A DNA stretch of 64,000 nt. It comes from an uncultured Planctomycetota bacterium. GTDB lineage: Bacteria > Planctomycetota > Planctomycetia > Isosphaerales > Isosphaeraceae. A program made the translations under genes and the position numbers. A model generated the notes under the pieces. It had not been told where the DNA came from and made no database searches. It worked only from the letters and a program-made list of their open reading frames with translations. Location of the stretch: the NCBI GenBank assembly GCA_963823665.1, contig CAWGMQ010000011.1, positions 960,001 to 1,024,000 of the forward strand, written 5' to 3'. This document shows positions 10,835-20,588 of this stretch, in pieces. Within the stretch, counting starts at the first letter, position 1. Every line of letters begins with the position of its first letter.

Positions 10835-12235
10835 ATGACGCGCGACAGATTTGCGAGCTGGAAACCCAGAAATGCCAGGACGTCACGGCGCGGCGTCGCC
10901 ACGCGGCCACTTCTCGAGCCATTGGAGCCGAGGGCGCTCCTCACGTCGATCATCGATCTTGGGCCCGGGGAAGCCTATGCTATCAACAACTCCGGCCAGG
11001 TCGCGGGCACCACGGCCAGCGGTCAGGCATTCCTTTACAGTGGCGGCCAGATAACCGACCTGGGCATCGTGCCCGGCTACACATCCAGCGACGGTCGTGG
11101 AATCAACGACTCCGGCCAGGTCGTAGGCACTTTGAGTGGCAACAAATATGGCACCGATGGGGCCTTTCTCTACAGCCGGGGCACGGGGATGATCGCGTTG
11201 GGAGCCCAGCCCAGTGTGGATAGCCAGGCTTTCGGAATCAACGACTCCGGCCAGGTCGTGGGGTACGGGTCCACGGCGGGTTCAGCTAGTGCGGGGTTCC
11301 TCTACACTGAGAGTACAGGTGGGTGGACCGACTTGGGCAACCCGCCCGGCTACTTGGTGAGCGAAGCCTTTGCAATCAGCAACTCCGGCCAGATCTTGGC
11401 GGACGCGTCCGCGGCGGGTTCAGGGTATAGTGCGGAGTTCCTCTATAATGAGAGTACAGGTGCGTGGACCGCCTTGGGTGATGCGGATGCCTACGCCATT
11501 AACAACTCCGGCCAGGTGGTGGGAGATTTCTATGACGCTGCTGCCGGCGAAATCCACGCCTTCCTTTCTAGTCCGGGTACGGGGATGATCGACTTGGGAA
11601 CTCCGCAAGGCGGACTTTATAGTATGGCCAGCGGCAGTAGTTTGGCCTACGGCATTAACAACTCCGGCCAGGTCGTGGGCGACGCGAATGTGGTCTACGG
11701 CGACGGTCACTCTAATGACGCCTTCTTCTACGGCGCCCAGACGGGCATGGTCAACCTCAACTCTCTGTTGCCTCCGGGCTCCGGGTGGGGCCTAGAATTC
11801 GCTAACGCGATCAATGATCATGGACAAATCGTAGGGCAAGGGTATAACCCCGAGGGCGAGCAGGACGCGTTCTTGCTTCAGCTAGGCGGACAGTCCCAGG
11901 GTCCTGCCCAGCCGGCGAACGTCACCGGCATGGTGAGCGCCGGCCAGAACAAGAAGGGCCTGATCGGGGTCACGGTCGTCTTCGACGAGGCATTGGACGG
12001 CAACGTGGTGAACGACCGGGCGCTGTTCAAGGTTCTCGGCGCCGTGAAGAAGCAGCACAAGACGGTCTACACGCAGGCCGTGCACATCAAGGCGCTCAGC
12101 TTCGATGGGCAGACTCGCGTGACGATCAAGCTCGCCAAGCCCTACAAGGGTGCCGTGAAGGTCACGGTCCTCGCCGGCATCCCGGCTGCCGACGGCGCGT
12201 CGAGCGCCAGCGCTTACTCGGCGGTTGTCGATTAA
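10835..12235 (+). CDS. LEPR-XLL-type extracellular protein with HAF-type repeats and Lys-rich C-terminal domain
   Basis: RPLLEPLEPRALLT; repeated AYAINNSGQVVG..AFLY..TDLG; DLNSLL-like motif. Confidence 0.85.
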   Translation: MTRDRFASWKPRNARTSRRGVATRPLLEPLEPRALLTSIIDLGPGEAYAINNSGQVAGTTASGQAFLYSGGQITDLGIVPGYTSSDGRGINDSGQVVGTLSGNKYGTDGAFLYSRGTGMIALGAQPSVDSQAFGINDSGQVVGYGSTAGSASAGFLYTESTGGWTDLGNPPGYLVSEAFAISNSGQILADASAAGSGYSAEFLYNESTGAWTALGDADAYAINNSGQVVGDFYDAAAGEIHAFLSSPGTGMIDLGTPQGGLYSMASGSSLAYGINNSGQVVGDANVVYGDGHSNDAFFYGAQTGMVNLNSLLPPGSGWGLEFANAINDHGQIVGQGYNPEGEQDAFLLQLGGQSQGPAQPANVTGMVSAGQNKKGLIGVTVVFDEALDGNVVNDRALFKVLGAVKKQHKTVYTQAVHIKALSFDGQTRVTIKLAKPYKGAVKVTVLAGIPAADGASSASAYSAVVD

Positions 12236-12512
12236 GGGAGAAGATGAGAGTTGCGGGTTCAGGCGACACCATATGGAATTACCGCGGAGTTCGGGCCGGC
12301 GGAGTCTGTGGCCAGCAGACTGAATCCCAGCGGCAAGTGGAGCGGCCATCGGTATCGGCAATGCCACATTGGGCCGGTTGGGTGGGTCCGAACGCCTAAC
12401 CGTGGTCGACGCTCGAAAACAGAGGATGCGGTCGACTCTGGTCTTGTTTCGCCAGTTGCCGATCCGATCGCACGCGCTACGATTCGCCTGCACTCCGACC
12501 CGCGCTTCGCCG

Positions 12513-12850
12513 AAACCCCGGTGAATTCGGGCGAGGCTGCGTGTCGGGATTGCCGACCGGGAAGTAGCGAGCCCTGGCCGGTCGAGGACGCGATGCATTC
12601 CGAGTTGGCTCACGGGATGGATCGCCGTGCACTACGTCCTGGACACGGTTTTCTTCATTCGCCATCGGGGACGCCGGTGGATGGAACGGGCTCCTGAAAC
12701 TTGGAGCTTGCCGAGACTTACGGCGACCGCAGCGGCGCCTGCTGCTGTTCGATCGTGTCCGAGGTGATCCAGCTAGCCGAAAAAACTTCGGCCGGCCGTG
12801 CCCTCTTCGCCCATCGGCTTACGCTCTCCAATCAGGCACCTCTCAGTGCC
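12513..12850 (+). repeat. ~330-bp leader repeat, copy 3
   Basis: Colinear match to 7080..7417. Confidence 0.95.
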
Positions 12851-13274
12851 AGGTCGTAGTCGAGCCGAGAGGCAGGTGGATATACTGCCTTCTTAAACTC
12901 GGGCGGCCGTTCTGACCGTCCTCCTACTCCGATGACTGTAGGTCCGTCGTCGATTCGACAGAAATCCGGCGATTCCGCGTTCGCTTCCAGGGGGCTTCAG
13001 TTCCCATTAGACGAGGGACAGTCTGCGCACGATGGCCGGCCGGTGCACCGGCCTTCCCCGAGCTGCGATGGGTCCGACAATCAGCGAGGTGAACTGCGGA
13101 GCCGATGGCACAATCCGTGAGCGCCGACCTTGAAAGAGTTCTAATCGGCCCGGAATCCCTCATGCGGGATGTCTGTCTTCAGGCGGTCCGCAAGAGGCGC
13201 TTCGGGTCACTCCGTTGTGGTATCGCGAATTTGTAACCCCCAGCGGCCGAGGGCCGCGTCAGGAGCGTTGCCCT

Positions 13275-14855
13275 ATGAACTCATCAGCACGGCCGTTCGT
13301 CGCAGAGTTATGGTTCTCGGAAAGAAACCCAGGGTCGTTCGGCCAATGCCCGGCGCGACGGTGGCGGAACGCTCGACGCGTTCGCGCGTTCCGCCCAGCG
13401 ATGGAGCCGGGTAGAATCCCACTGGAACCGCGCAGCCTCCTCTCCGTGACGTTCAACGCGACCATCGTGACCAGTAACCCGAATCTCTATCCCGCTTCGA
13501 TCACGAGCGGACCGGGCGGAGACCTCTGGTTTACGCTGCGCTGCAACTCCGGGAGTCCGCGGACCCAGATCGGCTCGATCAACCCGACGACCAATGAGGT
13601 CAACATCATCCCGCTCACCCAGTCCCAGGGTCAGGGCGATCTCGGCGCGATCACCACCGATGCCAGCGGCGATCTCTGGTTCCTCGACTTCCCCTTGGTC
13701 GAGGAGTACAACCCGTCGACCGGCGCCTTCCATGAACAGGCGCTGCCGAACAAGGGCCCCTTCGTTTATGGCACAGGCCTCGTCTTCGGTCCGAATCAGT
13801 CGATCTGGGTGGCCAATCTGCTCATGGGTCAGCTCGACGAGGTCAATCCCCAGACGCTCGCCGTCACCCCGTTCACGACCCCCGACGGCCTCGATCCAGA
13901 TGGGTTGGCGGTCGGCCCCGACGGCGCCCTCTGGTTCACCACCGGGTCGCCGACGATCGGCCGGTTCGACCCGACAACCTCCCAGTTCCAGACGTTCACG
14001 ACCTCCAACAGCGCCAGCACAACCAACCGCATCGTCGCCGGTCCGGACAATCGCCTTTATTTCACCGACGGCGGCGCGCTTTCGATCGGCATCATCACGC
14101 CCGACGGTTCCGCCTCGACCATAAGCGAGTTCCCGCTCCCCGTCCAGGGCCTCGGCATTGTCTTCGGCACGCTCCCCATTTCCGGGCTCACGGTCGGGGC
14201 GGACGGCAACATCTGGTTTGCGTTGAACGGCCGCTCCTCTGGAGTCGGCTCGTTCAACCCCTCGACCGATGCCGCGAATTACTTCGTGGACCCCAACCCG
14301 TCGGGCGGAAACCCCAAGGGGATCGCGCTGGGTCCGGATGGAAACCTCTGGTTCACGTCCGAGTCAGCGTCGATCAATGGCCCCCCGGTCTACGTCGTTC
14401 AAGTCGTGACCTCGGGCGGAAGTGGCGGCGGATCAGCGGGCGGAAGTGGCAGCGGATCAGCGCCGACGATCCTGGGCGTCCAGCCCTTCGTCCAGACCAC
14501 CTCCACCGGCAAGGGGAAGCACGCCCGCCACGAGAGCCAACTCGCCGGGTTCACGCTCACCTTCAACGAGGCGCTCGACCTCGCCCGCGCCGGGAGTGCG
14601 GCCAATTACGCGGTGCTGGTGAAGGTCAAGCATGGCCGCAAGACCAGCACCCTGCGGATCAGCGTCTCGGTCGACTACACCGCTGGCTCGGATGAGGTGA
14701 CTGTCCTCACCGGCAAGCAGACCTTCGCGCATGGGGGCGAGCTGACCGTCAACGGCTCGGCCCCGGGCGGGATCAGCGACCCGACCGACACGTTCTTCTT
14801 GACAGGCACGACGACCTTCACCATCAGCCCCAAAGGCCGATCCATCGGCCCGTGA
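13275..14855 (+). CDS. LEPR-XLL-type extracellular protein with Vgb-like beta-propeller and Lys-rich C-terminal domain
   Basis: RBS AGGAG at 13261; IPLEPRSLLS; repeated GPDG(N/A)LWFT; Gly-Ser linker before the C-terminal domain. Confidence 0.85.
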   Translation: MNSSARPFVAELWFSERNPGSFGQCPARRWRNARRVRAFRPAMEPGRIPLEPRSLLSVTFNATIVTSNPNLYPASITSGPGGDLWFTLRCNSGSPRTQIGSINPTTNEVNIIPLTQSQGQGDLGAITTDASGDLWFLDFPLVEEYNPSTGAFHEQALPNKGPFVYGTGLVFGPNQSIWVANLLMGQLDEVNPQTLAVTPFTTPDGLDPDGLAVGPDGALWFTTGSPTIGRFDPTTSQFQTFTTSNSASTTNRIVAGPDNRLYFTDGGALSIGIITPDGSASTISEFPLPVQGLGIVFGTLPISGLTVGADGNIWFALNGRSSGVGSFNPSTDAANYFVDPNPSGGNPKGIALGPDGNLWFTSESASINGPPVYVVQVVTSGGSGGGSAGGSGSGSAPTILGVQPFVQTTSTGKGKHARHESQLAGFTLTFNEALDLARAGSAANYAVLVKVKHGRKTSTLRISVSVDYTAGSDEVTVLTGKQTFAHGGELTVNGSAPGGISDPTDTFFLTGTTTFTISPKGRSIGP

Positions 14856-15275
14856 GGTAGCGCCTTGGAGCCCCTGGCGCCCCCGGAAGCCGGCCTCCAG
14901 CGTTACCTCGCAGACCGACCCGGAGATCGTGTTCCCGGCAAAAAATTAGGGTGGCGAACTTCACTGCCTCCAGTCACCTAATTTCGGCAGTGTGGCTGCG
15001 ACTGAACCACGCGAACGAACGTGCTCCACTGCTCGCTCGCCCAAAAACCAAAGACCGCATCCTCGCGTTCAAAAAGCGGCGGACTTTCGAGTGTCATTCG
15101 CCCTGTCGCCGACGGACCGCCACGCGCGAGCCGAGCGGATTGATCACTTTAAAGCTATTGGCCAAAAGGCCTTCTGCCATTCGCCGTCGAACGCGAGCTG
15201 TGCCGACAAGTCAAGTCGTCGGGAAACCAACCCGCATACCGCTTTGATGTAAACCATTACACTCAGACGTACACG

Positions 15276-15527
15276 ATGGTCCGCAACGACCTGTAGCTCG
15301 CCGGCATCCCATACGAGACGCATGGGGGGCTGGCCGACTTCCATGCCGCCGGCTGGCACAGCCACAGCACGGGATTGATCGCCTCGGGGGCGTCGATCAT
15401 AGAGGCCAAGGAACTGGCCCGCCACGCGGACATCCGGCAGACGGCGAAATACACCCATATCGGGATGCGGGCGCGTGCCGAAGCCCTGGCCGGACTGCAA
15501 TATCCCAAAGACATGCGCACTCGTTGA
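15276..15527 (+). pseudogene. tyrosine recombinase/integrase C-terminal remnant
   Basis: Manual translation MVRNDL*LAGIPYETHGGLADFHAAGWHSHSTGLIASGASIIEAKELARHADIRQTAKYTHIG. It has box II H..(R changed to W), RH and the catalytic Y, with an in-frame TAG at 15294. Confidence 0.85.
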
Positions 15528-15625
15528 AGTGTCGGAAATATGTCGGGTTTCGGGCGGCGTCGTGCGTCAGAAGGTTTCACGAGCTGACAGTAACGGAGAC
15601 TGCGAGGGTGCGTCCGAAAACGCGA

Positions 15626-15649
15626 AAACCCCTTCCGAAGAAGGGGTTT
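15626..15649. terminator. 10-bp hairpin, terminator-like
   Basis: AAACCCCTTC-CGAA-GAAGGGGTTT, about 50 nt downstream (minus strand) of the tmRNA-like fragment. Confidence 0.55.
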
Positions 15650-15698
15650 CGTCGTTTCTTGTCACTGACTTTCAGAAGGTGTCAGTTGACGTAAGTAT

Positions 15699-15727
15699 TG
15701 GAGGCGGCGGGAATTGCACCCGCATCC
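15699..15727 (-). repeat. tmRNA (ssrA) 3'-end fragment, att site
   Basis: Minus strand GGATGCGGGTGCAATTCCCGCCGCCTCCA gives a T-arm plus acceptor strand CGCCTCCA (compatible with G3:U70). No tmRNA 5' end was recognised upstream. Confidence 0.75.
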
Positions 15728-16451
15728 CGGGAAGCATCCGGGGGCGTCTGCGCCCGTTGGCGATGATTTGTGCGAGCAGCACCGAAAGCGATGGGGAGAC
15801 GGGCAGCGCGGCGACAGAGACCGGGCGAGACGAAAAACGCGAGGATCGCTGAGAACACGGTGGGGGGCTCGAGGTCGTGGGCAACGAGACTTCGAACTCG
15901 ATCGGCAGATCGAACGGACCGATCTGGATGGCGAGCTGACCTTTCGGGTTGGTATCAGCGGGCGGGTGCGGTACTTCCGGGCGTGTTTCATTACCCGGAT
16001 TGCATCGAGTTTGATACGGCGGTTTGGCACTCGAGCTGAAGCGCTCAAGACAGAGATCATGGCGATCGCCGATGGTGCGCGGTTGAAGGACTTGATCGAG
16101 CATGCTGCCACTTGCCGGAGCCTGGCGGCGTTTCCAAGAAGCTTCCGTCTTGAGGCGCTTATCGGCTCGGCGAGGATTGTCTCTGAGATTTCCGCACGTT
16201 CCCGGAGCCGGTGGTCGATCCATTCTCTGCGGTCGAGCGGGCTTTCGCTCAGCGGGAATCACGTCGCGGGCAGCGCGTAACGCAGTGACGCCAGCGAGCT
16301 ACGGCAGCCTCGATGAGGTGTGCGCGCCATCGTCATGGATGGAGGTCCCAGGGTGGTTGATCGACGAAAGTTACTTGAACTGGAGGCATGTTTCAAGAAT
16401 ACGATGCATGTCCTTTGCCTTACGCTGCCATCCTTGGCCGGCTTCTGAATT

Positions 16452-16534
16452 AAATTGAAACTAGGTCTGACCCCGTGGAGACCCCGTGGAAGGTCTGACC
16501 CCGTGGAAATTGAAACTAGGTCTGACCCCGTGGA
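16452..16534 (+). repeat. nested short tandem repeat, REP-like
   Basis: AAATTGAAACTAGGTCTGACCCCGTGGA twice; core GACCCCGTGGA four times. Confidence 0.85.
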
Positions 16535-18664
16535 ATGTCGTTGCAAGCTCGTCGAGTGAAAGGTCGGTGCGGAATTCGCCGTCATGGCGTACCAGACGAA
16601 CGACTTCTTCCTGATAGAGAACGGCCGTTCCTTCGAGGTCCGGCGCGAGACCGAGCGCCGCGTTTGCATTATTGTTCTTGGCGCACAGCGAAGGTGGAGG
16701 GGCGCTTTTCAGTGGGGGTGAGTACCCGGGTTTTTCCCTGGGGTCGTTGGTCCGCGTACGTTGCAGGAACTCGTTACCGGCCCACCACGAGGGTGCCCCA
16801 AAACAAACCAGCAGGAATCCCAGAGAATGCCGTTGCACCAATCGAAGAATCAGCATCCAGGGTGGGCGGCGGACCGATTCGTCATGGGCGCGGCTGAGCG
16901 GGCCTGACCGCTTGCGAGTGACGTTCGTTGCGCGATCCATGCCATCGGATCGCCCGGGCCAACTGGACTTGCCACCGCTCCCGACACGGGATGGCAGAGC
17001 GGAGCCAGAACGCCGGTCGTCTGGTATCGACGGTTGTTCTGATGCGTTCATCACTCGCCCTCCGTCGGGAACTGGGAAATTCGCAGCGATCACCGGAGAC
17101 CGGCGGTGAACGCCGACGCCAGTGTGTGCGGTTGAGCACTGTCGCGTATCGCGACTGCGCAGACTTTCATCGATCAGGACTGTTCGCACGGGGAGCGGCT
17201 TTAAAATCGGACCGTGCGTGCGTGGCAGCCGTTCCCGTTAATAATGAAGACGTGAATGGGCGGCTCGACTTGCGCGTCGTCGTGCGTGGATCGCGTTGCT
17301 CTGGATCGGTCATATCAAAAGTGATCATTTTGATCCATGCGCTGAAAAACCTAAAACATGGACGAAAGGGCGAGTTGCTCTTGCACTTGTGCAGAACGAG
17401 CCAACCCAATCGTGCGCGCAGAGCGCCTTGGCGTCTGGCTCGCATCGGTCCGAGGACGCCACGGTCGTGAAGTGCGTGTGTGACCCGGCAGCCGGAGCTT
17501 CGCCGTCCCGGAAGCGAATTTTCATTCGCGCGGCGCGGGGAAATCGTCAGGCTGAAGCCTGACCTACGAGTCCGTCTATCGCTGGTTGTCTGGCTTTTCG
17601 GGCGAGACATGGCTGTGGGGCCGGGCTTTCGCCTGCGACCGTGCGCATACAGGATGAATTCTGTGCGCTAATCGATCTGATCGCGCGAACCCGGAAACTT
17701 TCTGGAAACCTCCCCGTCGCTGGTGCCCTCAGGGCGTAAAGTCGTCGCATATTGTAGATGAGGTAGTGCGCTGCGCATTGGTGTTTTGCAGCCGGAGGGA
17801 GCCGGGTCGTGCCCTGGGTTTATGGGAGGAGTGCGACGGATGATGACGGCCGTTGGGTTCTTGGAGTCGGAGCGAGATAGGAGATCAAGATTGGGACCAA
17901 GCTGTGGCCGATTTACACTAGTGTACGGATGCTTGAAGGGGCCCGTAATATTGCCACTTCTTGCCATTTCCGGGATGAGCGCAGACATGGCTTCGGGTCG
18001 AGTGGCTGCTCTGTAAGTTCAATGAGCGTAATCAAATGAGAATAAAGCCAAGCGTTCTTCGGCGAGGGCATGACCTTTTGGCAATGGTCACGCAAAATTG
18101 CCACTTTTGATCGCGGGTGTTGTTCACTATGTTTTGAGGAGTATTTTCACGGCACTGGATGGGAGATTCTCGGTGCCTGGCGCGAGGACTTCTCTGCGCG
18201 AGCGCTCCGCCATCTGCCGCGGAAGTTTGCCCGCAAGGGCGGGAGGAATGCCCAATGCCCCTTCGGAGCGAAGGGCGACAATGGGGTGGGGTCTGATGAT
18301 GCGTTTGCAAGGAACGGGGTGGACGGGCCCGTTGCCTTAATCCTTGCAGGATAAGGACGTTCGTCGAATCTACAAAACGAACTGCTCGATCGGGGGGAAC
18401 CTGGGAGGACGGACGGGGACGGGCGGGTGTCGAAATTGAGGTTGCCGCGAAGCAGCGCCGGACTTTTCGACGCGGAGTGTGGGAACGAGGGGGGGCGTGC
18501 CTGGGACGTTGGGGCGGAGGGCCACGCCCAACTTGGCTCGGAGCAGCGCCGGCGACGTTCCAGCGCTGAGCATCTGAACGAAAGGATCGGTGAGACGCAA
18601 AAACGCGTCGTCATTCGCAAGTGTAGATGGGCTCGAGAGTTGCTTCGAAAGTTTTTTGGCTTCG

Positions 18665-18724
18665 AAAACGTCGTCATTCGTAACTCCTTTTGTGGAAAGG
18701 AGATGACGACGATGACGACGTTTT
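18665..18724. repeat. nested inverted repeat
   Basis: AAAACGTCGTCAT / ATGACGACGTTTT (13 bp) encloses CTCCTTT / AAAGGAG. Confidence 0.75.
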
Positions 18725-18959
18725 GGGGGGTCTGCGGGAGCTGTTCCCCCGATTGGGACACGAATGCGAGCGCAAGTGGTCAGGGGCTCGGGAAGTCGCC
18801 GGTCTGTGTCGGCTCAGGCGAGAGGATGTCGTCTACTCACCTGTGCGCCTGGACTTTGGACTTGGCAGAATTTCGATAGTCCGCTAGAAACCACGCGCCA
18901 AGGACTCAATCCTCGCGACCTCCCGTGCGCTATTCGGCACTGACAACTGACATGAAACC

Positions 18960-20532
18960 ATGAATCAGATGAGCCGCCTTCTGCTTCTGCTCGCGGGAAG
19001 TGCCCTGCTCCTGGGCTGGGTGATCAAGCATAGCGAGCCGACGAGCAATGTCGGACTGCGTTACATCGAGCAAGCACGCCAAATCGAGCGCGGCGGGTGG
19101 CGTGAAGGATTGTATCGGGGGATCGATCATCCCCTGCATCCGCTGGGCATCGCGGCGGCCCATCGGTTGTTCGATGCGGACAGCCCCGGCTCGTGGCAGT
19201 GCGCGGCACTGCTGTTCTCGTTCGCGTCCGCGATCTTGCTCGTCATCCCGGTCTATTTGCTCGGCCGGGAGCTGTTCGGTGAGGATGCCGCGATCCTGGG
19301 CGCCATCCTCATGCTGGCCAATTCGCTGGTGGGCTCACTGGTTGTGAATGTGCAGAGCGAGACGTCGTTCCTGCTCTGGTGGAGCTTCGGGCTGTGGTCG
19401 GCTGTGCGGTTTCTGCGGGAGGGCCGTTTCCTCTGGCTGGCGCTGGCCGTGGGGCTGGGAGCGCTGGCGTACTTGACCCGTCCCGAAGGGATCTTGCTTC
19501 CGGTGGCCCTGGCTGTCACCATGCTGATCCTTCCGCTTCAGCGCGCGAGCCGGATCAACTGGCCTCGATGGTGGGGGGCCATCATGCTGGTCACCGGCGG
19601 AGCGGTCCTCTTTTCTGGACCATTCGTGGCGATCAAGGGGGGGCTGGGGACCAAGCCGGGCATCGCGCGCGTGATGGGACTGGCTCCGCACTCCGCGCCG
19701 ACAGGCGCTCGAGCGGGATGAGCCGCTTGCCGCGGACCAGACGACGATCGAGAGCTACCGTCTGGCAGGTGTGCGTACGATCGAGGCGATCGCGGGCGCG
19801 ATGACGGTGCCGCTCGTCCCATTCGCGTTCGTCGGACTTTTCGTCATCGCGCGAAGGCGCGAGCGGGCGCGAGAGGCATTGCTGGTCGCGATCATCCTGG
19901 GTGCTTCCGTGGCCGGCCTCGTGCGACTTCATGCCACCGGCGGCTATCTGAGCATACGGCACGCCGTGATTCCCGGGATGATCCTGACGATCGCAGCGGG
20001 GGCTGGTCTGTGCTGGCTGACGAGTCTGGTGGCGATACCGGGGCGATGGATTGGTCTGACGCACGAGCGATTCCGGCTCGGTCCGGCGGTGTGGGTGATG
20101 CTGATCGCGGCGTGCGCGATCGTACCGTACGTTCGCTCGCTGGGGCCGGCGCATCCGGGCCCGTTTGCCGTCTACTGGACGGCGGGTGACTGGCTTGCCG
20201 AGCACACTCGACCGGGAGAAAAGGTTCTCGACCTCACCGACTGGTCGCTCTTCTTCAGCGGGCGCGACGGCTATCACTTCGCCGAGGTCTACAAGGCGCC
20301 GGCCGATCCGCGGATGCGGTGGGTTGTGACGCGCGGGCCCGAGGACGGCGGCCGGTGGCATTACACTGGCATCATCGACGAGCTCGTGCGCGGCAGAGCG
20401 GCCGTGGCCCAGCTTCCGGCCCAGGCTTCCCCGGGCGAGCTTCAGATCAGCATCTACGATTGCCGGAGGCCTGATCCGCTCGCGGCGGCGGTGGAGTTCG
20501 GAGCGCCGGAGCAAGCACACGCGCAGCGCTAA
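18960..20532 (+). CDS. GT-C (ArnT/PMT-like, GT39/83-like) membrane glycosyltransferase (frameshift near 19715)
   Basis: Multiple TM segments; GLRYIEQA, DHPLHPL, SETSF and AYLTRPEG motifs; paralog of the next gene. Confidence 0.75.
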
Positions 20533-20588
20533 CAGATGAGTCCCCGCCCCGTGATCACAACGGCATTGAGGTTTGACGGACAACGGCC

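Larger units (their letters stand above)
2901..15727. mobile_element. putative decayed tmRNA-targeting genomic island (~12.8 kb)
   Basis: Direct att-like repeats at both ends, with a tyrosine-integrase remnant next to one end. Confidence 0.5.

Noticed and set aside
7080..15527. Classical integron
   Set aside because: The repeats are much longer than attC and lack evident R/L boxes; the integrase remnant looks phage/island-type.
15699..16100. Complete tmRNA or tRNA gene
   Set aside because: Only the T-arm and 3' acceptor strand are recognisable.
16452..16534. CRISPR array
   Set aside because: No unique spacers and no cas genes.
16461..17189. Minus-strand 242-aa ORF as a functional gene
   Set aside because: No recognisable motif and it ends inside a repeat; at best a truncated gene.
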